The notes: generated by a model not told the origin, from the sequence alone. Shown: positions 24,535 through 37,813, counted from the stretch's first letter. The stretch is 64,000 bases of DNA from Eledone cirrhosa (GCA_964016885.1 OZ024742.1:281542001-281606000), one strand, 5' to 3'. Made by a program: numbers and translations.

Positions 24535-26796
24535 TATCTAGCTATGCCGGACTTGTTCCCCGATCTCCTCGAGGCGGTCTACTGCAACTGGCAACAGAAC
24601 GGGAGAATTCCCTGTGCTGTGACCAAGGGCGTAGTCACGCTAGTGAGGAAGGACGAGAACAATGGGGACGATATAAATAATTTCAGGCCCATAACTCTGC
24701 TAAATACAGTGTTACAGATTTTGGCCAAGGTGCTAGCAAAGAGGTTGGCGCTTGTCGTGGGCAATCTGATGGGAGATGCGCAGACATGTGCTATCCCGTC
24801 CAGGTCCATCCACGACAACCTCCACCTCATGCGATACATCATAGAGAGGGTTGGGAACCAACCCGGCTTTGGTGGGGCCCTGATCAACTTGGATCAATCT
24901 AAGGCGTTCGATAGGGTCGACCATGGATACCTGGATGCGGTGCTAGCGGCGGCAGGCTTCGGACCCGTTTTCAGGGGCTGGATCAATGCCATGCACAGCA
25001 GCCGTATCTGCTCTAGGGTCAAGATGAACGGCTACCTCTCGTACAAGGGTGCCCTCTCTCTACCCTTCTGTATGTAGTGACTCTAGAGCCACTGCTGCGG
25101 AAGTTGGAGTTGTTGCAGGGCATCCCGTTGGAACCGGGATTGCGGAAAGCGGTGTCGGCCTACGCCGATGACGTAACAGTAATGGTGTCGACGGCATCGG
25201 AAATCGGGGCGATCGGCACCTTACTGGAAGAGTACGAAAGGTTTACAGGGGCTAAGCTGAACCGGGACAAGTCGATCGGTCTGCAACTCGGCACGTGGAG
25301 GGGCAGATCGATGTCCTCCGATGGCGTCGTCGGGCGCTGGACGGAGGGCTCGGTGAAGTTGCTCGGGGTCTGGTTCGGACCAGACCTCCAGGTGGAGAAG
25401 AACTGGGGTGAGGTAACGAACAGGGTGTTTGCACTGACCCAGAACTGGGCCGAGTGCAAACTGTCCCTGAAAGGTCGGGCGGAGGTGGCGAACACTTATA
25501 TAGCGTCCGTCATCTACTACCGCCTGACCGTTGTGCCTTGCCCAAGGGAAACGCTCGCCAAAATGGAGCGCACACACTTCCAATTCCTTTGGAAGAAGCG
25601 GGCTCCTATGGTGAGGAGGTCCATCTGCTGTCAACACCCTTCGAAAGGAGAGCTGGGGATGCCGTGGCTAATGATACGTAAACACGCATTAAGGCTACGG
25701 CACCTTCAGGTATTCCTCTCCGGTCAACCGGTGTGGGCCCCGTTTGTGAGGCGAGCCTTTCCCAGACGCGTCTCGCTCACCGAGCTGCAATCCTGGGTCA
25801 AGCAAAGACCGAGAAAACTGGGCGCCTGGCACACCGAGTGTGCCCAGGCGCTCACGGCTCTCTGGCAGGCGGACCCGGCTGTCAGTGGAGAATCCACCTC
25901 GTCATTCTATAGAGGGCTGGTGGTTAGCAGGTGCAACGACGCCCTCGGAGAAGCCCTAGGCATGGAGGAAGACGAACTGGCCAACCTGTTCGGTAGGACA
26001 TTCAGCCCGGGACCCATGGATAACTTCCAGAGGTCCCTGGCCTGGCAATGCTACAGAAGGGCTCTGCCCGTTCGACAAAGGCTCTACAGACACGGGCGCC
26101 CGGGTAGAGACCCCTCGAAAAAGATCTGTCCCAGATGCGTGTGCGACGAGGAAACCGTTGCACACGCATTGGTACACTGCTCGGGCATTGCCGATCTGTG
26201 GGGCTATGTCGAACAACTGCTGTCAAGGGTGGGACCAATCCGGTTGACTACCGAGTCTATTGTAACGATCAAGCCGCCTCCCCTCTTGAAAAACGAAGAA
26301 GAGGCGGTGTTTCTGTGCGTAATAGCCATGGCGAAAGAGGTTGTATGGTGGACGCGTCTGAATGGACTGAGGTCAGACACCTTTCTCTCTGGCCAACAAC
26401 TAGTCCTTTTCTTCCGATATCATTACGGAAGAAGGATCAGGATGGAGAGAGAGATGCTGCACCCCAGCCGTTTTTATGAAAGATGGGTGAAAGTGGCGAG
26501 AATGGCCCGTGTGAATGGGCCTTCACTCTACATCAGACTATAGGTGAGGAAGATGAAAGACCCCTTCTCTGTGCTCCTGAGGAAAACGGTTGCACACTTT
26601 TCTTCGGGGGTGTGTGCGACCCCCAAGGCTCCTCCTCTCTATTGAGGACTTTGTTATAAATTTTATTTTTTGTTATATTTTATTTTATTTTTATATATTG
26701 TTATTGCCTCCTCCTTATTGAGGACGCCTTGTTTTGTAAACTCCCCCCATTGTACTTGTCCCACTTTTGATGCCCTGGTGGCAAATAAAAGAAACA
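24535..26796 (+). mobile_element. 5'-truncated L1/Tx1-clade LINE, subfamily A (RT, C-terminal Cys/His knuckle, 3'UTR)
   Basis: NFRPITLLN, LDQSKAFDRVDH, AYADDV, CPRC..ETVAHALVHC; ~29-bp deletion frameshift near 25040; ends aataaaagaaac in (TATC)n. Confidence 0.92.
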
Positions 26797-26809
26797 TATC
26801 TATCTATCT

Positions 26810-27874
26810 CTCACCGGACAACCGGTGTGGGCCCCGTTCGTGAGGCGAGCATTCCCACGACTCGTCTCGCTGACCGAGCTGCAGTCCTGGGTCAAGCAAA
26901 GACCGACGAAAATGGGCGACTGGCACATCGAATGTGCTCAGGCGCTCAGAGTCCTCTGGCAAGCAGAACCGGCGATCAGTGGAGACTCCACTTCATCATT
27001 CTATAGAGGGTTGGTCCACAGCAAGTGCGACGACGCGCTCGGAGAAACTCTAGGCGTAGAGGAAGACGAACTGGCCAGTCTGTTCGGTAGAACCTTCCGC
27101 CCGGGACCGATGGACAAATTCCAAAAGTCCCTGGCCTGGCAGTCTTACCGAGTAGCTCTACGAGTTCGAGACAAGCTCTACAGACACGGGCGCCCGGGAA
27201 GGGTCCCTTCGAAAAAGATCTGTCCGAGATGCGTGCGCGAAGAGGAAACCGTTGCGCACGCATTTGTACGCTGCCCCGGCGTTACCGCCCTGTGGGGCTA
27301 TGTAGAACGACTATTGTCGCGGGTGGGACCAATACAGTTGACCACCGAGTCCATTGTCATAATGAAGCCACCACCCTCCTTCAAAAACGAAGGAGAGGCG
27401 GTTTTCCTTTGTGTGATAGCTATGGCGAAAGAGGCTGTATGGTGGATGAGGTTAAAAGCGCTGAGGTCAGACACCTTTCTCTCCGGCCAACAACTGATTC
27501 TTTTTTTCAAATACCACTTTGGAAGAAGAATCAGGATGGAGAGAGAGGTGCTGTACCCCAGCAAGTTTTATGAAAGTTGTGTGAAAGTGGCGAGAATGGC
27601 CCGAGTGAATGGGCCTTCTCTCTATATCAGCCTGTAGGTTGAGGAAAAGGAGGAAGAGTGGAAGGGGGTACAAACTCTTAGTACTCCTGGAGATGATGGT
27701 TGCACATTTTTTCCGGGGTATGTGTTACCAATAAGAAAGGTCTCCCCCTATTGGGGAAAATCGATTAACTTTTAAATTACATTTGTGATAATATTTTACA
27801 CATTTTTATTGTATGTAAACATCCCCCTTTGTATTTGTCCCCTTCTTTTGTACCCCTGTGGCTAATACAGAAAC
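26810..27874 (+). mobile_element. 5'-truncated Tx1-clade LINE, subfamily B
   Basis: 270-aa ORF2 C-terminus homologous to subfamily A, with a distinct 3'UTR. Confidence 0.9.
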
Positions 27875-27942
27875 ATATCTATCTCTCTCTCTATATATAT
27901 ATGTGTGTCCGCGCGCGCGCGCGTGTGTTTGTGTGTGTGTAT

Positions 27943-28105
27943 GCCGGGTTCAATCGGGGGTAACCACAGTAAGTAAGGTACTCAATACATAGCAGAGTAT
28001 AAATATTTACTATAGAAATGGCTTCCACAGGACTAGAACTGTTTCATTCGAAGGAAATCATCAGGAAAGTGCTTCATCAGTTCTGGTCTTCTGGAAGCCA
28101 TTTCT

Positions 28106-28108
<3 letters not shown>
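27943..28108 (-). mobile_element. pLTR fragment with hammerhead (28021-28068) and terminal inversion
   Basis: Minus strand: ttc-CTGATGA-tttccttcgaat-GAAA-CAG-ttctagtc-CTG-TG-gaagcc (site GUG here, GUA in the 45270 copy); tail also at 17215 and 39297. Confidence 0.75.
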
Positions 28109-28170
<62 letters not shown>

Positions 28171-28809
28171 TGTGTATGTGTATATATATATATATATATA
28201 TATCAAGTCTAGTCAGTTTTACATCAGTGGCATTATTTGACACCTGCACATAAGTGTAAAAGACTACATCACCACAAACCGCTCGTGGTTCCACAAACAC
28301 GCAACCATATCCTCAAAAGCAAGAACAGGAATAGGAACATAACCAACACAATCCTGATCACGGAACACCCATTTGTTTAAACAATTAGAGCCTCCCATTA
28401 ATAACAGAATTGAAAGAAACGAAGCGCAGTGGCTGATCTAGCATAATCCGATTAGTTGGATTTAATGTCCACAATAATACAATGACATGTACACAGATGA
28501 TACACATGATTGCCGGCACTAGCCTTTATATATATATACGTGTACTTACATATTTAAACTTAAACACATATACGTAAAACTATGGATAGATTTAAGCGTC
28601 ACATACGTCATATACATTCTTACACACACACGTCCTAATATATATGTTTTCACATTCATATATGAATGTTTAAATCCTAATACAACGGCAGTTTGAAATA
28701 AACAGTGATTAGGAAAGACAATTTCCGATTTCCCCCTTTTTTCCCCTTCAGAAATTAAGAAATTTCTAAGGCAAGCTCCTGGTTCACTACCGTGGTCGAT
28801 GAAACAAAG

Positions 28810-29092
28810 TGCTTGTATCACACCCGGGTCGATTTAATCGAATTTCATCTCCGAAGTCGTTGGCCTTGCGCCTAAATCAGAAACTATTATTGATACTGTT
28901 TTCACAGGTGTATTGGCAGTATCGGTAGAGAGTCTGACACCATGCTATACAGCATAGAGTTACGTCCCTTTACGGACTGAGTTCAAATCCCGTCGAGGTT
29001 AAATTTGCCTTTCATCCTTACGAGGCCGATATATTAAAGTACCAGTAATGTCTGGGTATTTGCTGGCCTTGTGCCAAAAGTAGAAACAATTA
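28810..29092 (+). mobile_element. Tandem SINEs
   Basis: SINE tail followed by a full copy at ~28908-29092. Confidence 0.8.
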
Positions 29093-29468
29093 TTTCTACT
29101 AGTATTAATACCTTAAGTCTATTTATGCTTATCATTTTACTACAATTAATAACATTTTCCATATATGGTAGCTGGAAATTATTCGATTTTACTAGTCTCC
29201 TGATTAGTAAGAACGTGTTCTTTCTGCTTTACAAAATTACGTAAGTCTCCTTGTATACATTTCGCCGCATATCAAAAGTACGTCTTCACGCTCTACCGAT
29301 ATGTCATTCTATTTTCTAAAGGCAATATACATATATATAGTTTTATTTCGTTGTATAGTTATATAAACATACAGAAAAAAGAGCAGTATTGGAAAGGAAT
29401 AAAAATGCCAAAAATAAGGTGAGAAGATGGGGAAGAGCAAGGAATTCTAGACAAAGGAAGAAAGAAAG

Positions 29469-29527
<59 letters not shown>

Positions 29528-29772
29528 AGAGTGAAAGAGAGAGAGAGAGTGACAGACTCTACACATAGGTCAGAGACGTGTTTCGGCTACGCCCAACGGA
29601 CAAAAAATAGCAAAGGCATTTCCGTGGGCAAAAACCGGTGGTACACGTTTCAACAGCCGCCCCAAGGGGTTGCTATCGAATATAATGTACCAGTAATGCT
29701 CTGGCGTCGACTTAATCGACTTTCGTCTGGTGCCTAATTCACAAATCATTATTATTAACATTATTATTATAA

Positions 29773-30218
29773 GCTGGCCTTGTGCCTAAAGTAGAAACAA
29801 TTATTATTATAAGCAGTATCGATAAAGGGTCGGACAACAGGCTTTGCAGCATAGAGTTACGACCCTTTGTGCTCTCATTTCAAATTCCACCGAGGTTAAC
29901 TTTGCCTTTCATCCTTACGGGGTCGATAAAATAAAGTACCAGTAATGCACAGGGGTCAAGTTAATCGAAATTCCCTCCCCCAAAATCGCTGGCCTTGTGT
30001 CTATAACAATTATTATTTTAAGTATTATCGGTGGACTGGCAGTATCGGTAGAGGATCGGACGCCCTGATTTGACGCATGGATTAACGGCCCTTGCCATTC
30101 TGAGTTCAAATCCCGCCGAGGTTAACTTTCCCTTTCATCCTTACGGGGTCGATAAAATAAAGTACCAGTAATGTACTGTATAATTGCTGCCCTTGTACCA
30201 AAAGTAGAAATAATTATT
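29773..30218 (+). mobile_element. Tandem SINE array (two full copies plus a tail)
   Basis: Repeated A box, B box, core and tail. Confidence 0.85.
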
Positions 30219-30394
30219 ATAAGTATATGCGCCAGAAGATTAGGTCACAATCTCGATCCCTCTTACATTCTGGAGATATTGTCAATATTGGGCCTTGAAA
30301 ACCTCAGGTAATACTTTTATTCAGAGAGTGTACTTTACTGTGACCACAGACACCACCTTTCACTACTTTAACTGTTTTTTTTTTTAAACTCTGC

Positions 30395-30986
30395 CAGAAT
30401 GATGAATTTGCTCGATCCCTCCTATATGCTAACATCCCAACATACTACACCTGGAACAATTGCAAGACCTGGAATCCAAGGAAGCAGTGGAAGGGCATGA
30501 AGTCAAGGTTTGTGATGTTACTGAGCGTGTTTGCTTTGACAACCTCAACAACAGAGAGTGTTTTAACTTACGGCTACTTCTGCGCATTGTTCGAGGCCCA
30601 ACGTCATTTGAGGATCGCAGTTGTTTCGGAGTAAAGGTGTGCGCTACATACCAAGAAGCAACTCACAGCATGTTGAGTTGGCGAAGATTATTTACTCTGG
30701 TACGAAAACAAAAACAAAATGACGGACGACTATCTATACTTAGCCCGAAGAAATCATGACATTTGTATATGGAATATACGCTCAGGATTTTCAATAAATA
30801 TCTCTGTGACCAGTCCCATCGAGTTCAGACAATAAATAGCACATTTGCTAACTGTGAGATGCCAGAGCCGGGTGAAGAAATTGAGGTAGCGCAAGAAGTT
30901 TTTCAGGTGACAAGCTATATTCAAGCCTTGCGTAAATTTGTAGATGAAAATAAACCTCGATTGGTGGATGACCAGAAATACGTTTT

Positions 30987-30990
<4 letters not shown>
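30395..30990 (+). mobile_element. Helitron Rep/helicase pseudogene fragment
   Basis: RECFNLRLLLRIVRGPTSFED..CATYQEA is the characteristic Helitron segment upstream of the PIF1 helicase. Confidence 0.8.
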
Positions 30991-31024
<34 letters not shown>

Positions 31025-31320
31025 AACACAAATTGGAAGTTGCGTTTCGCTAATTTCCACTCGCCGAAATGCGATTCTCGCTAAATTTATATTTGTATTA
31101 ATCTCCCGAGTCTAGCAATTAACCAGTTAATTTTTTGGATTTTTTTTAGTTAATTCTATTGACTGATTAATCGCTTAACTTTATTTTAAAAACTACTCGG
31201 TCGAGAGCTTAATTCGTTTTGTAACGGTCTCGCAACTGCTGATTTTTGGCCACCTTCTCGTCTGCTTTTCAGGCCCTTAGATTGTGTATTATTATATTCC
31301 TTTGTTGGATACATTTCGGA

Positions 31321-31378
31321 ATACCTGATGATGTCACCATATTCACACTGAACCCGGTCATTGAAATGTACATAGTAT
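31321..31378 (+). ncRNA. Minimal type I hammerhead ribozyme in a pLTR-like fragment (~31090-31430)
   Basis: atac-CTGATGA-tgtcacc..ggtcatt-GAAA-TGTACA-TA-gtat. Confidence 0.8.
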
Positions 31379-31717
31379 AATAAACCTTTAAGGAATTACA
31401 CCAGTCCAGCCTCCTGTTATTTTATAATAATTAACTCGCACCACCAACAACATAAACGGAGACGGGTGAGTTGCATCACGTCGAGTGCTCTCCCTAATAT
31501 TACATCAAGGTTGAATAAACGGAATGACCAGTTCTATCCAATGGTGAACCAACAAACCTAAATGTATATATGTCACAATTTTCAGTTTATCAAGCTGTCT
31601 AAACGTATGTTATTACTCTAAGGGCCTACCTTATTGAGTGCTTTGCTGCTCATTCCTAATTGTAGGCCGTTAGATTGGCCACAGCCAAAGCTTCGATTTT
31701 ACTAAGCTTTCCACTTG

Positions 31718-31830
<113 letters not shown>

Positions 31831-32164
31831 TGTGTGAGTGTTGTTTTAGTGTACGTGAGTGTGTATGCAAGAGCATATGTGAAGATTCGTGTGTATCTGT
31901 TTATGTATTCCATTTAGCTTATATATAAAGTGTGCGGGATTATGTGTGCGCGTGTGTATATGTATGTCTGTGTATATGTATATGTTTACGTGGCGTATCA
32001 GTTCTTCTATACATATAAACATGTGCAACACAGCTTGTGAGTAATTGTGTAATTGCGTGAGTGAGCTTGTGGTTTTGTTGCATGGGTGCGTTTGTCTGAA
32101 TGCGTGTAAGTGTATGTTTATGAAAGAGGGAGAGAGAGAGAGGGAGAGAAAGAGAGATAGAGAG

Positions 32165-32215
<51 letters not shown>

Positions 32216-32230
32216 GGGAGAGGGAGAGAT

Positions 32231-32262
<32 letters not shown>

Positions 32263-32468
32263 TGACCAAGTGGATGCCCGTGTGTGCGGTTTCTGTGTCT
32301 GTATGTGTGTATGTGTGAAGATATGAGAGTAAGACAAAGTTATAACTTGTGAGTATGCATTTGAGTGAATGTCAACGTGTAAACATGTGCGTGTATCTGT
32401 GTGTGAGTGGTGTGTATTTCTCTCTGCATGCTCATACATACACACACACCCGCACGCCCGCACACACG

Positions 32469-32505
<37 letters not shown>

Positions 32506-32713
32506 GTATATATATATGTATATATATATGTATATATATATGTATATATATATATATATGTATATATATATACATTTATAATTTATATGAGTGAGTGAGT
32601 GTGTGTATTTATGAATATATAAGAGAGAGAGCCAGCATGTAAGAGAGAGGAATGAAGTATGAGACACAGGGAAAGTTTGTGAAGGAATGTAAGCGGCTCC
32701 ATATTTCTTATTC

Positions 32714-32811
<98 letters not shown>

Positions 32812-33147
32812 TATATATGTATTTATACACACAAACACAGAGAGAGAGACAAACAGGGGGAGAAACGCACCCCCCGCCTTTCATTTCTTTATTCTATTAA
32901 AATGCCCTTCCCAACCTCAGTGACCGGACAGTGAAAGGTCATGTCCATTAATCCTACCCCGGGAATCCTCGTACAGGCAACCGATACGTCTCGAACCTGT
33001 CCTATATTATAGAGCCTCCCATTCAACCAACCACTCACTCTTTACCTTTAGCCTCCCTCTCTTTCATTATAACTAGCTGTGCTATATCTAGAGTGACTAT
33101 AGATACGAAGGAGGGCAATATAAATATATGTGTATATATATATATAT

Positions 33148-33338
33148 AACGAAGGAAATGTGGTAAGGGACCAGGTGGGCCATAATGCACCAAAGTACTC
33201 AACACTTAGGGTAGTGGAGTGGGTAATAGGAGCGAATAGGACTCCGACGGCTGAGCTCAAGCCGTTTCGACGGTTAATTCTGGACTGAATTAACCGTCGA
33301 AACGGCTTGAGCTCAGCCGTGGGAGTCCTATTCGTTCC

Positions 33339-33340
<2 letters not shown>
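33148..33340 (-). mobile_element. Fold-back hammerhead-half element (family of 1-178)
   Basis: Palindrome 33227-33340 plus the shared tail. Confidence 0.75.
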
Positions 33341-33369
<29 letters not shown>

Positions 33370-33403
33370 AGATTTGAATGGATACAGTTTAGTTGAAAGG
33401 AAT

Positions 33404-33520
33404 TTATTGACACGTGTTTCTATAACAGTTACATAACCTAAAACAGCTATCTACAAACTTTTAGTTATGCAGACATTCAATATTTCAATGTTATTATTTA
33501 CTGTCATTTCATCAGAATAA
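33404..33520 (-). ncRNA. Type I hammerhead with 88-nt branched stem II (3' pLTR)
   Basis: Minus strand: ttatt-CTGATGA-a-atgacagt..actgttat-a-GAAA-CACGTG-TC-aataa. Confidence 0.85.
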
Positions 33521-34087
33521 TATTACTGAGGACCTATTTAGTTTTTATAGAGAATATTAGGAGGGAGGGGTGAAGTTGTTAGAAGAATAGTTGAAGGAGT
33601 GGTTTTTCGATAGCAGTGAGAATTCTTGGTGGCAGTGAGTAATTAGATTCCCATCTGTTGTTTTGACATTTTTTATAGAATATATTATTGGTTATTTTTC
33701 TAAATCTATAGAAGGATTAGAGATAGTAAAGATATGCGTGGTTGGTTTTGTGTTTGCACTTAATTAACATTCAGACTTAAATTTTTCTTTCGAGTGTACG
33801 TATCCTTTCACCCACGCATTGACACACAAATATATTTGCACACCTCTACAAAATACATATACTCACAATTCACATATTCATACTTACATATATATACACA
33901 TGCATACACATATATATACACACATGTATTCATGTACATACATACGCGCTCATGTGTATACATTTTCATACTCAACTTATCTTTATATACACACGTATAG
34001 ACACACACATATATACATACATACTCTAGTCCATGTGTACACACATACACATACATACACATCCATATACACATACATACATACACA

Positions 34088-34157
<70 letters not shown>

Positions 34158-34442
34158 TACACACACATACATATACACACACACATATATATATATATAA
34201 GCACTTTAATACATGAATACACTTACATCTAACTATACACATCAAACATATATATATATTTACTTATTTATATACATTTTCACATATATATACATACTTA
34301 TGGACGTTTTTAGACACATTCATTATCGCATATTTGTACCTATTCTCATCAGCATATCTTTTCATTATTAGTATGGTAATTTAAGGTTATTAATATATGT
34401 TGAGAAGAGATTGTTTTTATATTTTTCTAACTAGATTAAGGT

Positions 34443-36791
34443 TTATATAGTTGGGGGATGTCCCTCTTTTATGTAATATTCGGCTTGTAGTGGGAAAAAA
34501 AGGGTTTTAGTTCTGTGACGGCAGAATAATGTTCGTTCAATTCTGTTATTCAGCAGTTTCTTCTTGTGTGTGATTATGTAATAAATCTCAAGATTACACA
34601 ATTTGCAGAAATTTTGGCTCCTGGAAAAGCTTTGGGTTTTAGCTAATTTTTCCCATTTTAGGGTAAACTTTTGATTGCTATCCCTGAGCGTCCAAGCTTT
34701 TTCTGCTAAAGTTGTTACATTTCTTTGGCTCTGGTGTTTTATTGAGTAAGAATGCCTATACAATCGAGATTTAAACGATGTTGCCGTTGATCCCACGTAA
34801 TACCACTCGTTGCCTCCGGATTTAATGGTACACTTATAAATAATATTTTTTTCCAGGCAGTTATTGCCGAGGGGGCAGTTGTCAGGATAGGTGCAGTTAC
34901 AGTTGTGTACGTTGGGTTTTCTCTGGAGCAGTATTGCGGACGAACTTATGTGTGGTTTATTTATGTTCTGTAGTGTATTGTCTACTGTTTTTTTTGAGTT
35001 CTTTGTACTTAAGTTCTTAGTGTTTTCGTTTAACCTTCTAGTATTGATCTTTTTTATGTGTTGTTCAAGGTTTAACGCTGTAGAGTATGACAGTCTTATA
35101 GTGGTAGGGTTTAGGATTTTGTGGTATTTGTGTGATGTGGGAAAATGTCTTTTAATTATTTTAAAGAAGAGTACTGGTAAATTTGTACTAATGGAGCTAT
35201 TGTATTCGGGGTTATACCATAAGTACTCTTTGCATCGCTTTCTATTAGTTTTGTTTGTTGGTTTACTGGTGTGCATACTATGGTAGTGAGTGTGGTTTGG
35301 TGTTGTGTTATTATATCTACCTATGTGGGATTTATTTTGGGTGTTTTGATTGTTCCCATCTATGTACTCTATTTTGTTGAGGTAGCCTGCTTTACTAAGG
35401 GCGTTATCGTAGTACTCGGCGTGTTCCTTAAATACTTGTATGTTAGAAGATAGACCCGAGATTCTAAGGGAAATATTTTTAGGGATAGATTTAATTATAG
35501 AGATGGGGTGGTTAGACCCAACATTTACGTATTTAAGATTTTCATTCAATTTATGAAACGGTTTAATCAAACCAGAGTTTAAATTGAGTGTGACATCCAG
35601 GAAGTTAACTACTTTAAGGTTGTATTCATATGTTATAGTTAGTCCTATTTCGAGTAGTAGTTTTCTTATATCTTTGCGTAGTTTTTCTAGTTTTTGGTTA
35701 TTAAGGTTTTTAGCTAGGAGGAGAACATCGTCGCGGTATATTCCGCCGTGGAGATTGCTGAATTTTTCCTGGAGTCTAAAGGCGATAAATAACCCCACAA
35801 TATCAGTTATTTCCGCCGAATCGTTAGAGCCCATTGTTATGTCAAAGTTAGAGGGTCTATCTTTACGTACCCAATAACTGTTCTCAAATTTGACTATAGT
35901 TTTCCTAGCTTCTAATATAATCTTGATTTCATCGTTTGTAAGGTCAGAGTTATCCTTAGCAAACTTAATGGCTCTATTCAAAGTTTCAGGTGATATCGAT
36001 GAGTAATATTCATCGATATCAAACTGGATAAACTTAGATTTATTCTTATTGCTAATGCTATTAAACCATCTTATTGCTTCTTGGGTCTTCCCCCAGAGTT
36101 TAATGTTAACCTTAGCCTTAATTTGGGGGATGATTCTATCTAAGATATATTTGCTTATTTTACCTATATCTGATTTAGAGGGGCAGATTAATCTAATTTT
36201 AGGGTCATTATCAAAGTTTACCTTGTGGTCCTTAAGATTGAAGGTGGGTACCGCCGGTAAAAGTGGTCCTGTCCTATCTTCGATTCCGAGATTTTTCACT
36301 ATTTCGCATGCCTCATCATTGATGTGCTTAAGGGTTACTTCACTCGTTTTTCTATATTTTTTATGTAATTCTTTTCGAATGAAGTTGTTGTATGTAGTGC
36401 AATCTATAGTGTACAGGTTTGATGTTTTGTCCGCTTTTACTACTATTCCTTTGGTGTTTTTAAGGTCGTCCAGTAGTTTTGTTATATCTTTCTGTAATTT
36501 GCTGTTGGTGTTGCGTCCTTTGAATTTAATTTTAAGGATTAAGTTCATAAGGTCCTGCTCAAATGCATCTAATAGTGGGTTGGTGGGTGGGTTTTTACAA
36601 GTCCTAAAACCGAATTTGTTGTTTACACCACTTTCTAATGTTGAGTTCATACGGCTTCTATCATAGTGGAGCGTTTTCCACCTGACACGTCGAATGAATT
36701 CATTAGTTTTTTGAATCATGCTCAATAAATATTCCTTTCTACCTTGGGTTGGTATGTTTTTGAGTGACATATCCAGGTAGTGTTTTTCCAT
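34443..36791 (-). CDS. PLE polyprotein: reverse transcriptase plus GIY-YIG endonuclease, 782 aa
   Basis: KADK, KDHK..RLICPSKSDIG, IQFDIDEYYSSI, MGSNDSAE, IYRDD, FLDVTL, CNC..CPL..C, IIYKC..YVGST..FKSR..H, CKLCNLE, CRH. Confidence 0.95.
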   Translation of the reverse strand: MEKHYLDMSLKNIPTQGRKEYLLSMIQKTNEFIRRVRWKTLHYDRSRMNSTLESGVNNKFGFRTCKNPPTNPLLDAFEQDLMNLILKIKFKGRNTNSKLQKDITKLLDDLKNTKGIVVKADKTSNLYTIDCTTYNNFIRKELHKKYRKTSEVTLKHINDEACEIVKNLGIEDRTGPLLPAVPTFNLKDHKVNFDNDPKIRLICPSKSDIGKISKYILDRIIPQIKAKVNIKLWGKTQEAIRWFNSISNKNKSKFIQFDIDEYYSSISPETLNRAIKFAKDNSDLTNDEIKIILEARKTIVKFENSYWVRKDRPSNFDITMGSNDSAEITDIVGLFIAFRLQEKFSNLHGGIYRDDVLLLAKNLNNQKLEKLRKDIRKLLLEIGLTITYEYNLKVVNFLDVTLNLNSGLIKPFHKLNENLKYVNVGSNHPISIIKSIPKNISLRISGLSSNIQVFKEHAEYYDNALSKAGYLNKIEYIDGNNQNTQNKSHIGRYNNTTPNHTHYHSMHTSKPTNKTNRKRCKEYLWYNPEYNSSISTNLPVLFFKIIKRHFPTSHKYHKILNPTTIRLSYSTALNLEQHIKKINTRRLNENTKNLSTKNSKKTVDNTLQNINKPHISSSAILLQRKPNVHNCNCTYPDNCPLGNNCLEKNIIYKCTIKSGGNEWYYVGSTATSFKSRLYRHSYSIKHQSQRNVTTLAEKAWTLRDSNQKFTLKWEKLAKTQSFSRSQNFCKLCNLEIYYIITHKKKLLNNRIERTLFCRHRTKTLFFPLQAEYYIKEGHPPTI

Positions 36792-36995
36792 TGTTGTGGT
36801 TGCGTTTGCTGTGTGGGTTGCTCGACTTTACAGGAGGTAAATATACAGTATTTTCCGTTGTGTTGTAATATAAATATTACACACAGTAGATTATCAGCTC
36901 ACGTAGAGTTTGCTCGACGGTTCCAGTTGTAGTTCCAAAAGTAATCCGGAGAAAAATAGAAAGATTTGAATGGATACAGTTTAGTTGAAAGGAAT

Positions 36996-37112
36996 TTATT
37001 GACACGTGTTTCTATAACAGTTACATAACCTAAAACAGCTATCTACAAACTTTTAGTTATGCAGACATTCAATATTTCAATGTTATTATTTACTGTCATT
37101 TCATCAGAATAA
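36996..37112 (-). ncRNA. Type I hammerhead with branched stem II (5' pLTR)
   Basis: Identical to 33404-33520; cleavage site ~210 nt upstream of the ORF start. Confidence 0.85.
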
Positions 37113-37813
37113 TATTACTGAGGACCTATTTAGTTTTTATAGAGAATATTAGGAGGGAGGGGTGAAGTTGTTAGAAGAATAGTTGAAGGAGTGGTTTTTC
37201 GATAGCAGTGAGAATTCTTGGTGGCAGTGAATAATTAGATTCCCATCTGTTGTTTTGACATTTTTTATAGAATATATTATTGGTTATTTTTCTAAATCTA
37301 TAGAAGGATTAGAGATAGTAAAGATATGCGTGGTTGGTTTTGTGTTTGCACTTAATTAACATTCAGACTTAAATTTTTCTTTCGAGTGTACGTATCCTTT
37401 CACCCACGCATTCACACACAAATATATTTGCACACCTCTACAAAATACATATACTCACAATTCACATATTCATACTTACATATATATACACATGCACATG
37501 TTTTGATTCTTGGACCGGGGGATGCGTTGTGTCTTTGGCAAGACACTTTATTTCACCTTTCTTAGCTGTAGACAAAAAATCTATATACTGGTACTTAAGT
37601 TTTCTAAGGTTGTACAACCCAAGTCATTCAGCTTGTTATATAAATCAAAATAGCTACTCCCATATAAGGCTTTAGAAAATATAGGAGAGGTTTCTAATAC
37701 CTGTATATGTCACTGTTGTAACTAATTATACTTAATCCGTCTTATGGACACATAGAGCTCTTACCCTTGGATCTTTATACCAAATCTGTGTATGTATATA
37801 TATATATAGGTTC

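Larger units (their letters stand above)
33365..37496 (-). mobile_element. Apparently intact Penelope-like element (Naiad-like) with 540-bp direct pseudo-LTRs
   Basis: 33365-33904 and 36957-37496 differ at only two positions I could see; uninterrupted ORF; 3' end abuts (TA)n. Confidence 0.95.

Noticed and set aside
24579-26479. Antisense and alternate-frame ORFs over LINE and PLE coding regions (also 34891-36666 and 59882-62575)
   Set aside because: Shadow frames of the retroelement ORFs
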